Part shown: positions 1 to 10,209 of the stretch, piece by piece | How positions within the stretch are numbered: position 1 is the stretch's first letter | How the letters are laid out: each line of letters opens with the position of its first letter | Source: Schaalia meyeri | GTDB taxonomy: Bacteria > Actinomycetota > Actinomycetes > Actinomycetales > Actinomycetaceae | Assembly: GCF_900105015.1 (NCBI RefSeq) | Contig: NZ_FNLK01000011.1 | Location: forward strand, 1 to 23,287 | Direction of reading: 5' to 3' | DNA length: 23,287 nucleotides | Translations under genes and position numbers: made by a program | Notes under the pieces: model-generated | Seen by the model: the letters and a program-made list of their open reading frames with translations, nothing else | What the model was told of the DNA's origin: nothing | Databases searched by the model: none

Positions 1-135
1 GATCATCGCGTGTCGTGCGCGGGTAAACGCCGTCGGGCTTGCAAGAAATCCGCTCGTCCCCGGTCTGTTAGACCGTTCCGATGGTAGCACTTGCGACCCG
101 ATGAGTTCGCGTCGGGGCCCCTCGCGGCTGCATTC

Positions 136-1036
136 TCACATGAGCAGCATCGCCAGGCGCGTGCGCGCTTTTGTCACCTCGGGGTCGATCCGGCGACGCG
201 GAAGAGGTCGAGCAGGCGCAGGCGCAGAGCGTCGCGTCCCGGTCGTCGGTGGCCGATCCGATCAGGTTGAGCAGCATCGAAGGCTACGGCGGCGTCGCCC
301 GCCGCGAAGAGGGCGTCGCGCGCGGCGGGATCCGAGCGGTCGGCGTCGGCGCTGCGCGCCGCGAGGCGCACGCGAGACAGGTGCGCCTTGGCGGCTTCGT
401 CACGCGGGTTCAGCTCGATGACCTTCTCCCAGCCCGCGATCGCTTCGTCCAGGCGTCCCTCGGCCTCGGCGGAGAGCGGTGCCTCGGTTCGGGAGGGATC
501 GGGGCCACCGTATCCGCCGCGGCAACGGCGATGCGCGCCGTACGCCCATCTGAGCGGCGGCCTCGAGAACCTGTGCAATAACGGGAAGCACCTGTTCCTT
601 CGCCGCGCTCCCCTGGAAGAGCGGAACGGGGGCGTCCACCCACCAGGGCGACGACCGTGGGAACGGCCTGGATTGGGAAGGCCTGTGCGATCTGCGGGGC
701 CTGGTCGATGTCGATCTCGACCAGCTGGAACGCGCCCGCCTGCTCGCGCGTTATCGCCTCCAGCATGGCCAGGGTCGGCTTCGACTCCAGGGATCGGGAG
801 GACCACATGACGAGGACGACCGGGACGGTCTGCGACGTTGACAGGACTCCCTCAAAATCGGCCTCGCCTATAGATGTGATGAGTGGCAGGTGCAACCCCT
901 CTCCGGCCGGAGGTGCCGTGGGCGTGTCCTCCCGGGTGAGCGCGGTCGCGCGCGCCGACAGATCGATAGCTCCGTGCGAATCGGCGGGAGTCGGGGCCGC
1001 CTCGGGCGCTGCGGAACGTGAATCTGACGTGTTCAT
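136..1036 (-). pseudogene. CnoX/YbbN-family thioredoxin-fold + TPR co-chaperone (Rv1324-like), disrupted by multiple frameshifts
   Basis: The N-terminal part (ORF 410..1036) has a cysteine-free thioredoxin fold: VVLVMWSSRSLESKP (WS-x-RS type, no CxxC) followed by QAVPTVVALVGGR. The expected continuation PVPLFQGSAAKEQVLPVIAQVLEAAAQMG is in another frame (ORF 400..639). The TPR-like part AEAEGRLDEAIAGWEKVIELNPRDEAAKAHLSRVRL is in a third frame (ORF 174..806). MLLNLIGSATDDRDA is in the frame of ORF 68..277. The expected C-terminus DPEVTKARTRLAMLLM-stop ends at 136..138 in yet another frame. The start has an AGGA RBS 5 nt upstream of the ATG at 1036. Confidence 0.75.
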
Positions 1037-1085
1037 CGTGGTCCTATCTAACTTAAGTTTTCTTCCTACTCGATGATAGGCGTAG

Positions 1086-1110
1086 TCCCCGCGCCACTTG
1101 GTCGCGGGGA
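1086..1110 (-). terminator. Hairpin downstream of the lipoprotein gene (candidate intrinsic terminator, no U-tract)
   Basis: tccccgcg-ccacttggt-cgcgggga forms an 8-bp GC-rich stem with a 9-nt loop, 25 nt after the stop at 1135..1137. An AT-rich patch (1040..1075) follows and could hold the promoter of the next gene. There is no T-run after the stem. Confidence 0.4.
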
Positions 1111-1134
1111 CGAGCTCTGCGCTGAGGGTGAAAC

Positions 1135-2133
1135 TCAGCCCGGGCTGCTGGAGGAATCCAGGCTGACCGAGACGATGGTTCGTTCTCCCCCGACGACCTG
1201 GATGGTTCCGCCGGCGCTCTGCGACGGGATGCGCATGAGGACGGTCGCCAGGTAGTCCACTGTCGCTGATCCCTCCACGCTCGTGCCTGAGGAGCTGAGC
1301 GCCGCCGTATTCCCGGCGAGGCTCATGGTCGCCCCCGCGACTGTCCTCTGGTAGGTGAGGGTGTACTTGAAGTTGGCGGCCACCAGTGCCGATCCATCCT
1401 GCAAGACCAGGCCCGAGATCGGGTAGTCCGACGCTGTCGCGGCAGCCGTCACGGTGCCGGCCGCGCTGACGGACGAATTAATGTCCGCCACGTTCGACAG
1501 GTACAACTTCGTGAACTCATCCGCGACGAATTGAGTGGTGTCTTGGCTGCCGGAGTTCAGCATCGTAATGTACTGCGCCAGAGCCGTGTCGGGGCTCACG
1601 GTGAAGCCGTCGGAGGTGCCGGTGACGTACGCCGATCCGGTGCCGACGGGCGGCAGCGTCAGCTGGGTGCCGCCCAGGAGGCGAGCGTAGTTGGTCAGCT
1701 GATAGTCGGAACGAGCCGAGTCCTGCACGTACACCTGCAGGACCGGCAGGGCTGTAGAGGACGATCCAGAGATGTTGAAGATCGCACGGGGCCACGATTC
1801 AGAGTTCGTGATCGCCAGCGAGGTGGGGGTGAAGTCGAGGGTCTGCGGAGTCTGCCCCGTCGCACTCGCGAGCGCGTACTGCGCGGTCCGGGTCGCCAGG
1901 GCGCCCTGCGAAACACGCCCAGACAGGTCGGAGGCGTTCAGTGAGCCGTCCGCCTTCGTCATAGCCGTACCGGCCTCACCAAGCACGGAAGAGATGCGCT
2001 CCAGGTCAAGGTTCGCCGCGCTCTGGGCGTCAGCCTCCGACTGGGCGACAATCTCGCCCGAGCACGCGCTGATCCCGAGGGTAGAGGCCAAGAGCAGGGT
2101 GGCGGTTGCCGTCGCCAGTGTCCGTCGTTTCAT
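1135..2133 (-). CDS. Putative lipoprotein of unknown function (332 aa)
   Basis: The N-terminus MKRRTLATATATLLLASTLGISAC has a basic n-region, a hydrophobic core and an ISAC lipobox. The mature part is Ser/Thr/Ala/Gly-rich. The ATG at 2131..2133 overlaps the upstream stop (ATGA). Confidence 0.8.
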   Translation of the reverse strand: MKRRTLATATATLLLASTLGISACSGEIVAQSEADAQSAANLDLERISSVLGEAGTAMTKADGSLNASDLSGRVSQGALATRTAQYALASATGQTPQTLDFTPTSLAITNSESWPRAIFNISGSSSTALPVLQVYVQDSARSDYQLTNYARLLGGTQLTLPPVGTGSAYVTGTSDGFTVSPDTALAQYITMLNSGSQDTTQFVADEFTKLYLSNVADINSSVSAAGTVTAAATASDYPISGLVLQDGSALVAANFKYTLTYQRTVAGATMSLAGNTAALSSSGTSVEGSATVDYLATVLMRIPSQSAGGTIQVVGGERTIVSVSLDSSSSPG

Positions 2134-3659
2134 CGCCTATCCTCTTCGCCCTCTGTGAGCCAGCCGGACATGATCGACGTCCAGCCTCCGGTCGCCGAAG
2201 CGTCATCGTCGGGGGCCGAGGTCGGTGCGGGTGTCTGCTCGGAGTTTTGGGGACGGGTCACGGGGATCAATCCAGTGTTGAATTCCTGGCCGTCCACCAC
2301 GACAATGTGCTCGCCGTTATTGCGGGCTTCGCGCAGTGCGCGACGCGACGGCAGGGTGCGCCCACCCCGAATACCAGACAGATCGATGACGCCGGTGTCC
2401 GTCGTGGCGCGCTCGGGCGGATCCTGATCGATCGGCCCCTGCTCCAGGCCGTGACGACCGCGACGCTTCAGGGTGTCCGTTAACGGATCGGGGACGTAAT
2501 CGTCTTGGCCGCGCTCGGCGACGTCCGGATCGATCGCGCGCTCCGGGTCGTGATGGCCGCGACGCTTCACGGTGTCCCTCAATGGATCGGGAACGTAGGC
2601 GTCCTGACCGACGGCCTCGGTGCCCGGATCGGGGGTCGCTAACCGCTCGGCCGCTTCCCTCCTGTCCTGATACGAGGCCGGGGGAACGTCGCGAATTGCC
2701 GTGTCTTCTATGGAAGGCTCCAGGGGTACCACATCCTCGGGGGACGCCGCTAAGCCAGCGGCTGCCCACTCATCACTTTGTTCGGTCTTGTGCTGCGCGC
2801 CCGACGGGCCGCTCATATTTTCTCGCTCCGCTGCCCCGTCGGTATCGGGGGCGGGAGATGATCCACGGTCGGCGGCGACGCGCTCGGCGACTGCCGCGGA
2901 GTTGATCGAGGCGGTTTCAAGGGAATCGGCCTTACGGCGTTCCTCGATGCGCGCGGCACGAATCCTGCGCAAGCGCAGCAGCTGCCAACGCGTCAGGAAC
3001 AGCGCGAGCGCGATCAGGGCAAACACGCAGGCGGCAAGGAAGGCGATGATCGCCAGCGTGTTCGTCTGCTCAACCTTCCACGTGAGCGTGAGCGTCAGGT
3101 CGCCCGCGCCGGCCGCGGACACCGCCAGGGCGGACTTTCCGGCCGACACGTTCTCCAGGTCCAAGCTCACGGTTCCCTCGCCGCTGGCCTTCTTGAACCA
3201 CATGTCGGAGGAGGCCAGCTGCGACACCAGATCCGCGGACGTGGGTTCCTTCAGGGGCTGGGCGCCCGACTGCACGCCGGACTGCGACGGCCCGGTCGGT
3301 GTCGTATTTCCCGACGAAACGGCCTCGTGTGACTCGGCTTTCAGCTTCTTGCGATCCGACTCCACGCCGATGACCTCGGTGTAGGCCGCGTCGCCGATCC
3401 ACCCCTTGACGTCCTGCGTCGTACCGATGCCCAGCGTCACGGCTGCACCCGACTTCGACGTCGCAGTGACTGTCACGTCATCCTTCACGATCGACAGCAC
3501 GTTGCCGCGCGTCATGATCAGATCCGTCGCCGATTCGACCGACGAGACCTGTTGCGTCGGGGGTCGGAGTACGGTCACGCCGAGCAGCCCGACGAGGACG
3601 CATACGAGAGAGACAACGCCCATCGACGCTGCCACCACGTATCGCTTAAGAAATTCCAC
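2130..3659 (-). CDS. Two-TM membrane protein of unknown function with a disordered acidic/basic cytoplasmic tail (509 aa)
   Basis: GTG start at 3657..3659, preceded by GAGGAG with a 5-nt spacer. TM1 is VVAASMGVVSLVCVLVGLLGVTVL, followed by a ~170-aa Ser/Thr/Val-rich extracytoplasmic segment. TM2 is LAIIAFLAACVFALIALALFL, followed by TRWQLLRLRRIRAARIEERRK. The ~280-aa tail is low-complexity and contains two 33-aa repeats. Confidence 0.8.
   Translation of the reverse strand: MEFLKRYVVAASMGVVSLVCVLVGLLGVTVLRPPTQQVSSVESATDLIMTRGNVLSIVKDDVTVTATSKSGAAVTLGIGTTQDVKGWIGDAAYTEVIGVESDRKKLKAESHEAVSSGNTTPTGPSQSGVQSGAQPLKEPTSADLVSQLASSDMWFKKASGEGTVSLDLENVSAGKSALAVSAAGAGDLTLTLTWKVEQTNTLAIIAFLAACVFALIALALFLTRWQLLRLRRIRAARIEERRKADSLETASINSAAVAERVAADRGSSPAPDTDGAAERENMSGPSGAQHKTEQSDEWAAAGLAASPEDVVPLEPSIEDTAIRDVPPASYQDRREAAERLATPDPGTEAVGQDAYVPDPLRDTVKRRGHHDPERAIDPDVAERGQDDYVPDPLTDTLKRRGRHGLEQGPIDQDPPERATTDTGVIDLSGIRGGRTLPSRRALREARNNGEHIVVVDGQEFNTGLIPVTRPQNSEQTPAPTSAPDDDASATGGWTSIMSGWLTEGEEDRR
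2412..2609 (-). repeat. In-frame tandem duplication, 2 x 99 bp (33 aa), inside the membrane-protein tail
   Basis: cgacgcttca recurs at 2461 and 2560, giving a 99-nt period. The encoded units are GQDAYVPDPLRDTVKRRGHHDPERAIDPDVAER and GQDDYVPDPLTDTLKRRGRHGLEQGPIDQDPPER. Confidence 0.85.
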
Positions 3660-3773
3660 GGTTGCTCCTCATCTCCATGCCCACGCTGAGGGCATTATTC
3701 AGTCCCCACTCTACGTGCTAACCACAGCAACGACCGTGTTCGCACGCGAGGCAGTGATACATCACATCCATAG

Positions 3774-4070
3774 CTACACCGGTCGAAGCCCGCGCCGCCA
3801 GCATTCGGAGTGCCAGTGGCGGCGCCCATTCACCCCCTGAGGCAGCCCGAAGGGGGTCTCCTCCGGCCATGCCACCACGTGAGCGGTACCCTTCAGGATC
3901 GGGCGCAGGCAGGCCGGACACGTGTACTCCTTGGAGGCACTGGGCAAATGGCGCACTTGGTAGTCCCCGCCGTCGGGACCGCGTTCCGTGCGCGCCGCAG
4001 AGGCGAGGCGGTCCATCTGCAGGGGGCGCGCCTCACCCCACGGTCGCTTCTTGCTGCGTTTACCTCTCAC
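3774..4070 (-). CDS. Small basic Cys/His protein, putative zinc-binding (98 aa from the GTG at 4070)
   Basis: The ORF 3774..4094 contains YTCPACLRP ... RRHWHSECW, i.e. a CPxC motif plus HxHxxC. The in-frame GTG at 4068..4070 overlaps the nagA stop (GTGA). The N-terminus is basic (VRGKRSKKRPW). Alternative starts are the GTG at 4094 or the ATG at 4016. Confidence 0.6.
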   Translation of the reverse strand: MRGKRSKKRPWGEARPLQMDRLASAARTERGPDGGDYQVRHLPSASKEYTCPACLRPILKGTAHVVAWPEETPFGLPQGVNGRRHWHSECWRRGLRPV

Positions 4071-5257
4071 GCGACTACAGTGCCACGGCGCCACACGCGG
4101 TGCACGTTCAGCTGCGCGTCAACCTCGACGACGTCCGCCTTCTTACCGGCGGCGAGCGAACCGATCGTGTCGTCGCCCAGTATGGTGGCACCCTGGGCGG
4201 ACGCCATGTAGACGGCATCCACCAGAGGGATGCCGCCGCGGGTGACGGCGACGCGCACGCAGTCCAGCAGGTGCGCAGTGCCTCCAGCGATCGCGTTGCC
4301 CTGGGCGAGGCGCGCAACGCCGTCCCTGACGACGACGTCCTGAGGCCCCAGCGTGTACTCGCCGTCGGGCATGCCCGCGGCGGCCATCGCGTCGGTAACG
4401 AACACGACGTGCTCGCGCCCCACCATCTCGTACACGTCACGCACCAGCGTCGGGTCGACGTGGATCGAATCGCAGATCAGCTCGACGACCGCGCCGCCGC
4501 GCGCCGCGTCCGACAAAAACTCGGCGACCGGACCCGTGTCACGGTGGTGCAGGGGCCGCATGCCATTGAACAGGTGCGTGATCGTTGCCCGAGGGCCACG
4601 CTTTGTCTTCACCTCCGCGAATCGCTCGCGGGAGTATTCCAGCGCCTGGCGCGCCATGACCGAATTGGAGTCCGTGTGGCCCCACGAGGGCAGCGCTCCC
4701 CCATCGATGAGCGCTTCGGCCACAGAACCCGGGCCGTACGCTCCGGGTTTTTCCGGGGCGAGCGTCATCGACAGCGCGTGTCCCTGGCAGTCCTTGAGCA
4801 GTGTCAGCGTTAGGGAAGGATCGGGGTCGATGATGTAGGTCGGATCCTGTGCTCCGCAGCGCTCGTGGGAGACGAAGGGGCCCTCAAAGTGGATGCCCGC
4901 AATCTCGGAATCGTTCGCCAGCTGGGCCAGCGTCGCGGCACGTCTGCGCAGCACGTCCGCCGAAGCGGTCACGCAGGAGGCAACCAGGGAAGTCGTCCCG
5001 TGGCGGCGATGCTCCATGACGGCCACGAGGGCGGCCTCGGCAGTCTCGGCGTTCGGGAAGGATTCACCGCCTCCGCCGTGGCAGTGAACGTCCACCAGGC
5101 CGGGCAGGAAGGTCGAATCCGATGCCTCGGGCAGCGCAGCGTCGTAGTTTGACACGGGGCAGATGCGGGTAATGGTAGAGCCGTCGATCTCAATAATTCC
5201 GTCGTCGACAACGGAATCTTCCAGCACCAGGCGGCCACGCAGCACACAATCAGTCAT
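4067..5257 (-). CDS. nagA: N-acetylglucosamine-6-phosphate deacetylase
   Basis: Amidohydrolase metal motif LPGLVDVHCHGGGGESF, plus the NagA-typical THLFNGMRPLHHRDTGPV. Starts with MTDCVLRGRL at the ATG 5255..5257. An alternative GTG start lies at 5275. Confidence 0.9.
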   Translation of the reverse strand: MTDCVLRGRLVLEDSVVDDGIIEIDGSTITRICPVSNYDAALPEASDSTFLPGLVDVHCHGGGGESFPNAETAEAALVAVMEHRRHGTTSLVASCVTASADVLRRRAATLAQLANDSEIAGIHFEGPFVSHERCGAQDPTYIIDPDPSLTLTLLKDCQGHALSMTLAPEKPGAYGPGSVAEALIDGGALPSWGHTDSNSVMARQALEYSRERFAEVKTKRGPRATITHLFNGMRPLHHRDTGPVAEFLSDAARGGAVVELICDSIHVDPTLVRDVYEMVGREHVVFVTDAMAAAGMPDGEYTLGPQDVVVRDGVARLAQGNAIAGGTAHLLDCVRVAVTRGGIPLVDAVYMASAQGATILGDDTIGSLAAGKKADVVEVDAQLNVHRVWRRGTVVA

Positions 5258-5283
5258 GTCCTCATTGTGGCACACCTGACAGT

Positions 5284-6387
5284 TCAGCGCCGCTTCTCAA
5301 ACAACCAATCTCCCCAGCGCGCCATTTCACGCTGAGCTTCTTCCGCATAGGAGGAGCCTCCCTCGGTGAAGGTAAGGTCACCGCCGGGAGAACGCGCCGC
5401 AACGACCCGTCCGTTCGCAACGACGATGGGGCGGAACATCCCATTCGCCCCAGGACAGATGAGGGCCTCACCAGCCCGGTCGGTCAGGCACGAACGGTCA
5501 CGATACCCAACATGCAGCTCGTCGAAGGAGGGCAGCGCAAACACTGCCCGGGCCTCGTCGCGGCTACGTTCGACAAGGTCATCAATATCGGCCCGCGCGA
5601 CGCGCCCCTCACGCGAGATGAGCGGCCGACCGATACTCTCGCCGATCTGGGCCGAACCCGCCAGCGCACGACGCGCCTCGGTGAGCGTCAGCCCCGCCCA
5701 CCGAGCAAGGTCCGCAGCATCCACGGGGCCGTGTCCCCACGCGTAGCGGGCGGCCAGGAGCGCGAGCGCCTCCTCGTGCCCGGACTCCCCCTTCGCGACG
5801 CCCGGAGCGCCCGGCAGCTGCCGGGCATCAACGATCAGGTGCTCCCCGCCCCGGAGCGGACCAGAGACGAGCACGCCGTCGAGGAAAAGCCTCTTGACCA
5901 GATGACGTTGCCGCACCCCGCCTACAGCTCCCGAGGTGACGGTTGCGATACCAGCCTCATCCCAGGCGCGGATGACCTCGCTGCGGCTCACACCCGAGGG
6001 GTTCTCTCCCAGCAGCTCGAACACCGCCGCCGCGGCGTTCTCGACGAGAGCATCGCTGAGCCCCAACCCCGTCGATTGACGAATCCACGAAGCGTATCGG
6101 TGGCGCAGCAACCGACGCAGCCAGTGATGATCGCGCGCGCTTGTCACATGCAACGTGTCGCGCATCGGCCAGGATCGGACGAGCTCACCCGAATGGAAGG
6201 ACTCGGCGACCTGAGCGCGCGTGACCGCGGTGCAGCGCGCGCCGATCGCCCACGGGATCGCACGCACCATCTGGCCTTGGACAGCGAGCAGCAACTCGAC
6301 GGCGGCCACGGGATCGCTGCCGCGTGTGAGCGGCACCAGCCCCTGGGCGACGATGCGCGCCAGGCTGGTATCGGCCACCGCCACCAT
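5284..6387 (-). CDS. Winged-helix DNA glycosylase of the AlkZ/YcaQ (HTH_42, DUF1006) family
   Basis: 367 aa. The N-terminal region LLLAVQGQMVRAIPWAIGAR ... ELVRSWPMRDTLHVTSARDHHWL matches my recollection of the family signature, with a Q-x-Q catalytic motif followed by R-x-W-x-MR-x-TLH. The ATG 6385..6387 overlaps the nucS stop (TGATG). Confidence 0.75.
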   Translation of the reverse strand: MVAVADTSLARIVAQGLVPLTRGSDPVAAVELLLAVQGQMVRAIPWAIGARCTAVTRAQVAESFHSGELVRSWPMRDTLHVTSARDHHWLRRLLRHRYASWIRQSTGLGLSDALVENAAAAVFELLGENPSGVSRSEVIRAWDEAGIATVTSGAVGGVRQRHLVKRLFLDGVLVSGPLRGGEHLIVDARQLPGAPGVAKGESGHEEALALLAARYAWGHGPVDAADLARWAGLTLTEARRALAGSAQIGESIGRPLISREGRVARADIDDLVERSRDEARAVFALPSFDELHVGYRDRSCLTDRAGEALICPGANGMFRPIVVANGRVVAARSPGGDLTFTEGGSSYAEEAQREMARWGDWLFEKRR

Positions 6388-7079
6388 CAGAACAGCCTGG
6401 AGGATGGATCGTCAAAACCGCGCATCGCGTCGTAGTCCAGCACCACGCAGCGAATCCCACGGTCCTCGGCCAGCGTGCGCGCCTGCTTCGTGATCTCCTG
6501 CGCCGCAAAGATCCCCGTCACGTCCCCTAAAAGCGCGTCTCGCCCCAGCAGGGACAGGTAGCGCGTCAGCTGCTCGACGCCGTCGATGCCGCCCCGACGC
6601 TTCACCTCGATCGCCACGTGCCCTCCTTGAGCATCGCGCACCATCAGGTCTACCGGTCCGACCGGCGTCGGGTACTCACGGCGCACCAGCTCCCACCCCT
6701 CGCCGAGGACCTGAGGAACCTGCTCCGCCAGCAGCTCCTGTAGGTGGGCCTCCACGCCGTCCTTGATCAGCCCCGGATCCACGCCCAGGTTCTCCGACAC
6801 GTCAGCGATCACGTCGTGGATGCGGATCACCAGCTTGTCGTCTGTCTTGTCCGCTTGAACGGTCCAGATCTGCTCCGCGTCCGATTCGTCTTCGCCCGGT
6901 TCCCCCACGGAGACCGTGCATGGAGCCGTCATCCAGTTCAGCGGCTTGTAGGAGCCGCCCTCGGAGTGGATCAGGACCGAGCCGTCACCCTTGAACATGA
7001 TGACGCGCTTGGCGGGATCCAGGTGAGCGCTCAGACGCCCAGAATAATCGACGGTGCAGGTAGCAATAACAATACGCAC
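6387..7079 (-). CDS. nucS: Endonuclease NucS (EndoMS, non-canonical mismatch repair)
   Basis: 230 aa. Begins [20 protein letters not shown], contains [10 protein letters not shown] and [30 protein letters not shown] (a PD-(D/E)xK-type core), and ends in SSRLF. It sits at the conserved position after the atp operon. Confidence 0.93.
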   Translation of the reverse strand: MRIVIATCTVDYSGRLSAHLDPAKRVIMFKGDGSVLIHSEGGSYKPLNWMTAPCTVSVGEPGEDESDAEQIWTVQADKTDDKLVIRIHDVIADVSENLGVDPGLIKDGVEAHLQELLAEQVPQVLGEGWELVRREYPTPVGPVDLMVRDAQGGHVAIEVKRRGGIDGVEQLTRYLSLLGRDALLGDVTGIFAAQEITKQARTLAEDRGIRCVVLDYDAMRGFDDPSSRLF

Positions 7080-7101
7080 CCCGTGAGCTTACCAATCCCG
7101 C

Positions 7102-7506
7102 TCACACCAGGCGCGGAGGACCCGACTCGACCCAGGACACCAACCCGTTATATGTCAGGCGTTCCACGGCGACCTCGTAACGATGCTCACCGTAGGCCAG
7201 GCGCACCTCCACCACAGAACCGTCCGCCGAATGAGCAATCGGGGCGGATACTTCCAGGCCGGAACGCGGGATCGTATAGACCGGAGAGAGGGAGAGACCG
7301 ACGAGCCGGTACCACGACAGCTCCTCCACGCCGTACACGCCGATACCAGCCGTCCAGCCGGATTGAACATCTGGGCGCGACCAGCAGCGGAAGGCGCCCA
7401 AACGCGAGGCGATCCTGCGGGCGCGCACGTTCATGTACACCCACAGGATCGCGCCGGAGCAGGCGAGGAGGACCACGCACCACATCACTGCATGCATCAG
7501 GCTCAT
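7102..7506 (-). CDS. DUF2550-like small membrane-anchored protein (conserved after atpC in Actinobacteria)
   Basis: 134 aa with an N-terminal TM (VMWCVVLLACSGAILWVYM), then RARRIASRLGAFRCW ... GIGVYGVEELSWYRL. GGGAGGA RBS upstream of the ATG 7504..7506. The synteny is Rv1312-like. Confidence 0.8.
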   Translation of the reverse strand: MSLMHAVMWCVVLLACSGAILWVYMNVRARRIASRLGAFRCWSRPDVQSGWTAGIGVYGVEELSWYRLVGLSLSPVYTIPRSGLEVSAPIAHSADGSVVEVRLAYGEHRYEVAVERLTYNGLVSWVESGPPRLV

Positions 7507-7530
7507 GAGGTCCTCCCGCGCTCCGTCGAA

Positions 7531-7802
7531 CTACTGTGATGCCACACTAGCGTGGTCCGCCACAACCGTGACAAAGTCGGAGTCAACCGACGCGAACCCC
7601 CCGCTGATGGTAAAAGACAGGATCTCACCCGGGCTCGTCACCGTGACGGTGCCCTCGTCCAGCTGGGTGAGCAGCGGCTGGCGCCCCGGCAGCACCCCCA
7701 GGCTCCCGTCCACCGTCGGAATCTGAACGGACGTCGCGCCGCCGTGCCACAGGCGCCCCTCATGAGAGACGACCTCAACCTGCAAGGACCTGCCCGATGC
7801 CA

Positions 7803-7803
<1 letters not shown>
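7531..7803 (-). CDS. atpC: F1 ATP synthase subunit epsilon, beta-sandwich domain only (90 aa)
   Basis: LQVEVVSHEGRLWHG ... VDGSLGVLPGRQPLLTQL ... GGFASVDSDFVTVVADHA, and the protein ends 5 residues later. The ATG 7801..7803 overlaps the atpD stop (TGATG). Confidence 0.93.
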
Positions 7804-10206
<2,403 letters not shown>

Positions 10207-10209
10207 CGC

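Noticed and set aside
1-135. Searched for a gene end, tRNA or terminator in the first 135 nt
   Set aside because: I found only a GGGGCCCC palindrome and short open frames running off the window edge. There is no cloverleaf-like structure, no convincing hairpin with a T-tract, and too little sequence to assign anything.
2412-2609. Possibility that the 99-bp repeat is a CRISPR-like or minisatellite element
   Set aside because: There are only two copies. They are directly adjacent without spacers, in frame and diverged at synonymous and conservative positions within a continuous ORF. This is an intragenic duplication, not a CRISPR array.
3660-3773. Weak hairpins (GTGA-tgta-TCAC, TGCCC-tcagcgt-GGGCA) and a GAATAAT patch between the small Cys/His gene and the membrane-protein gene
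   Set aside because: The stems are only 4-5 bp with no T-tract, and the -10-like hexamer has no supporting -35. A promoter or terminator may be here, but the sequence alone does not support a call.
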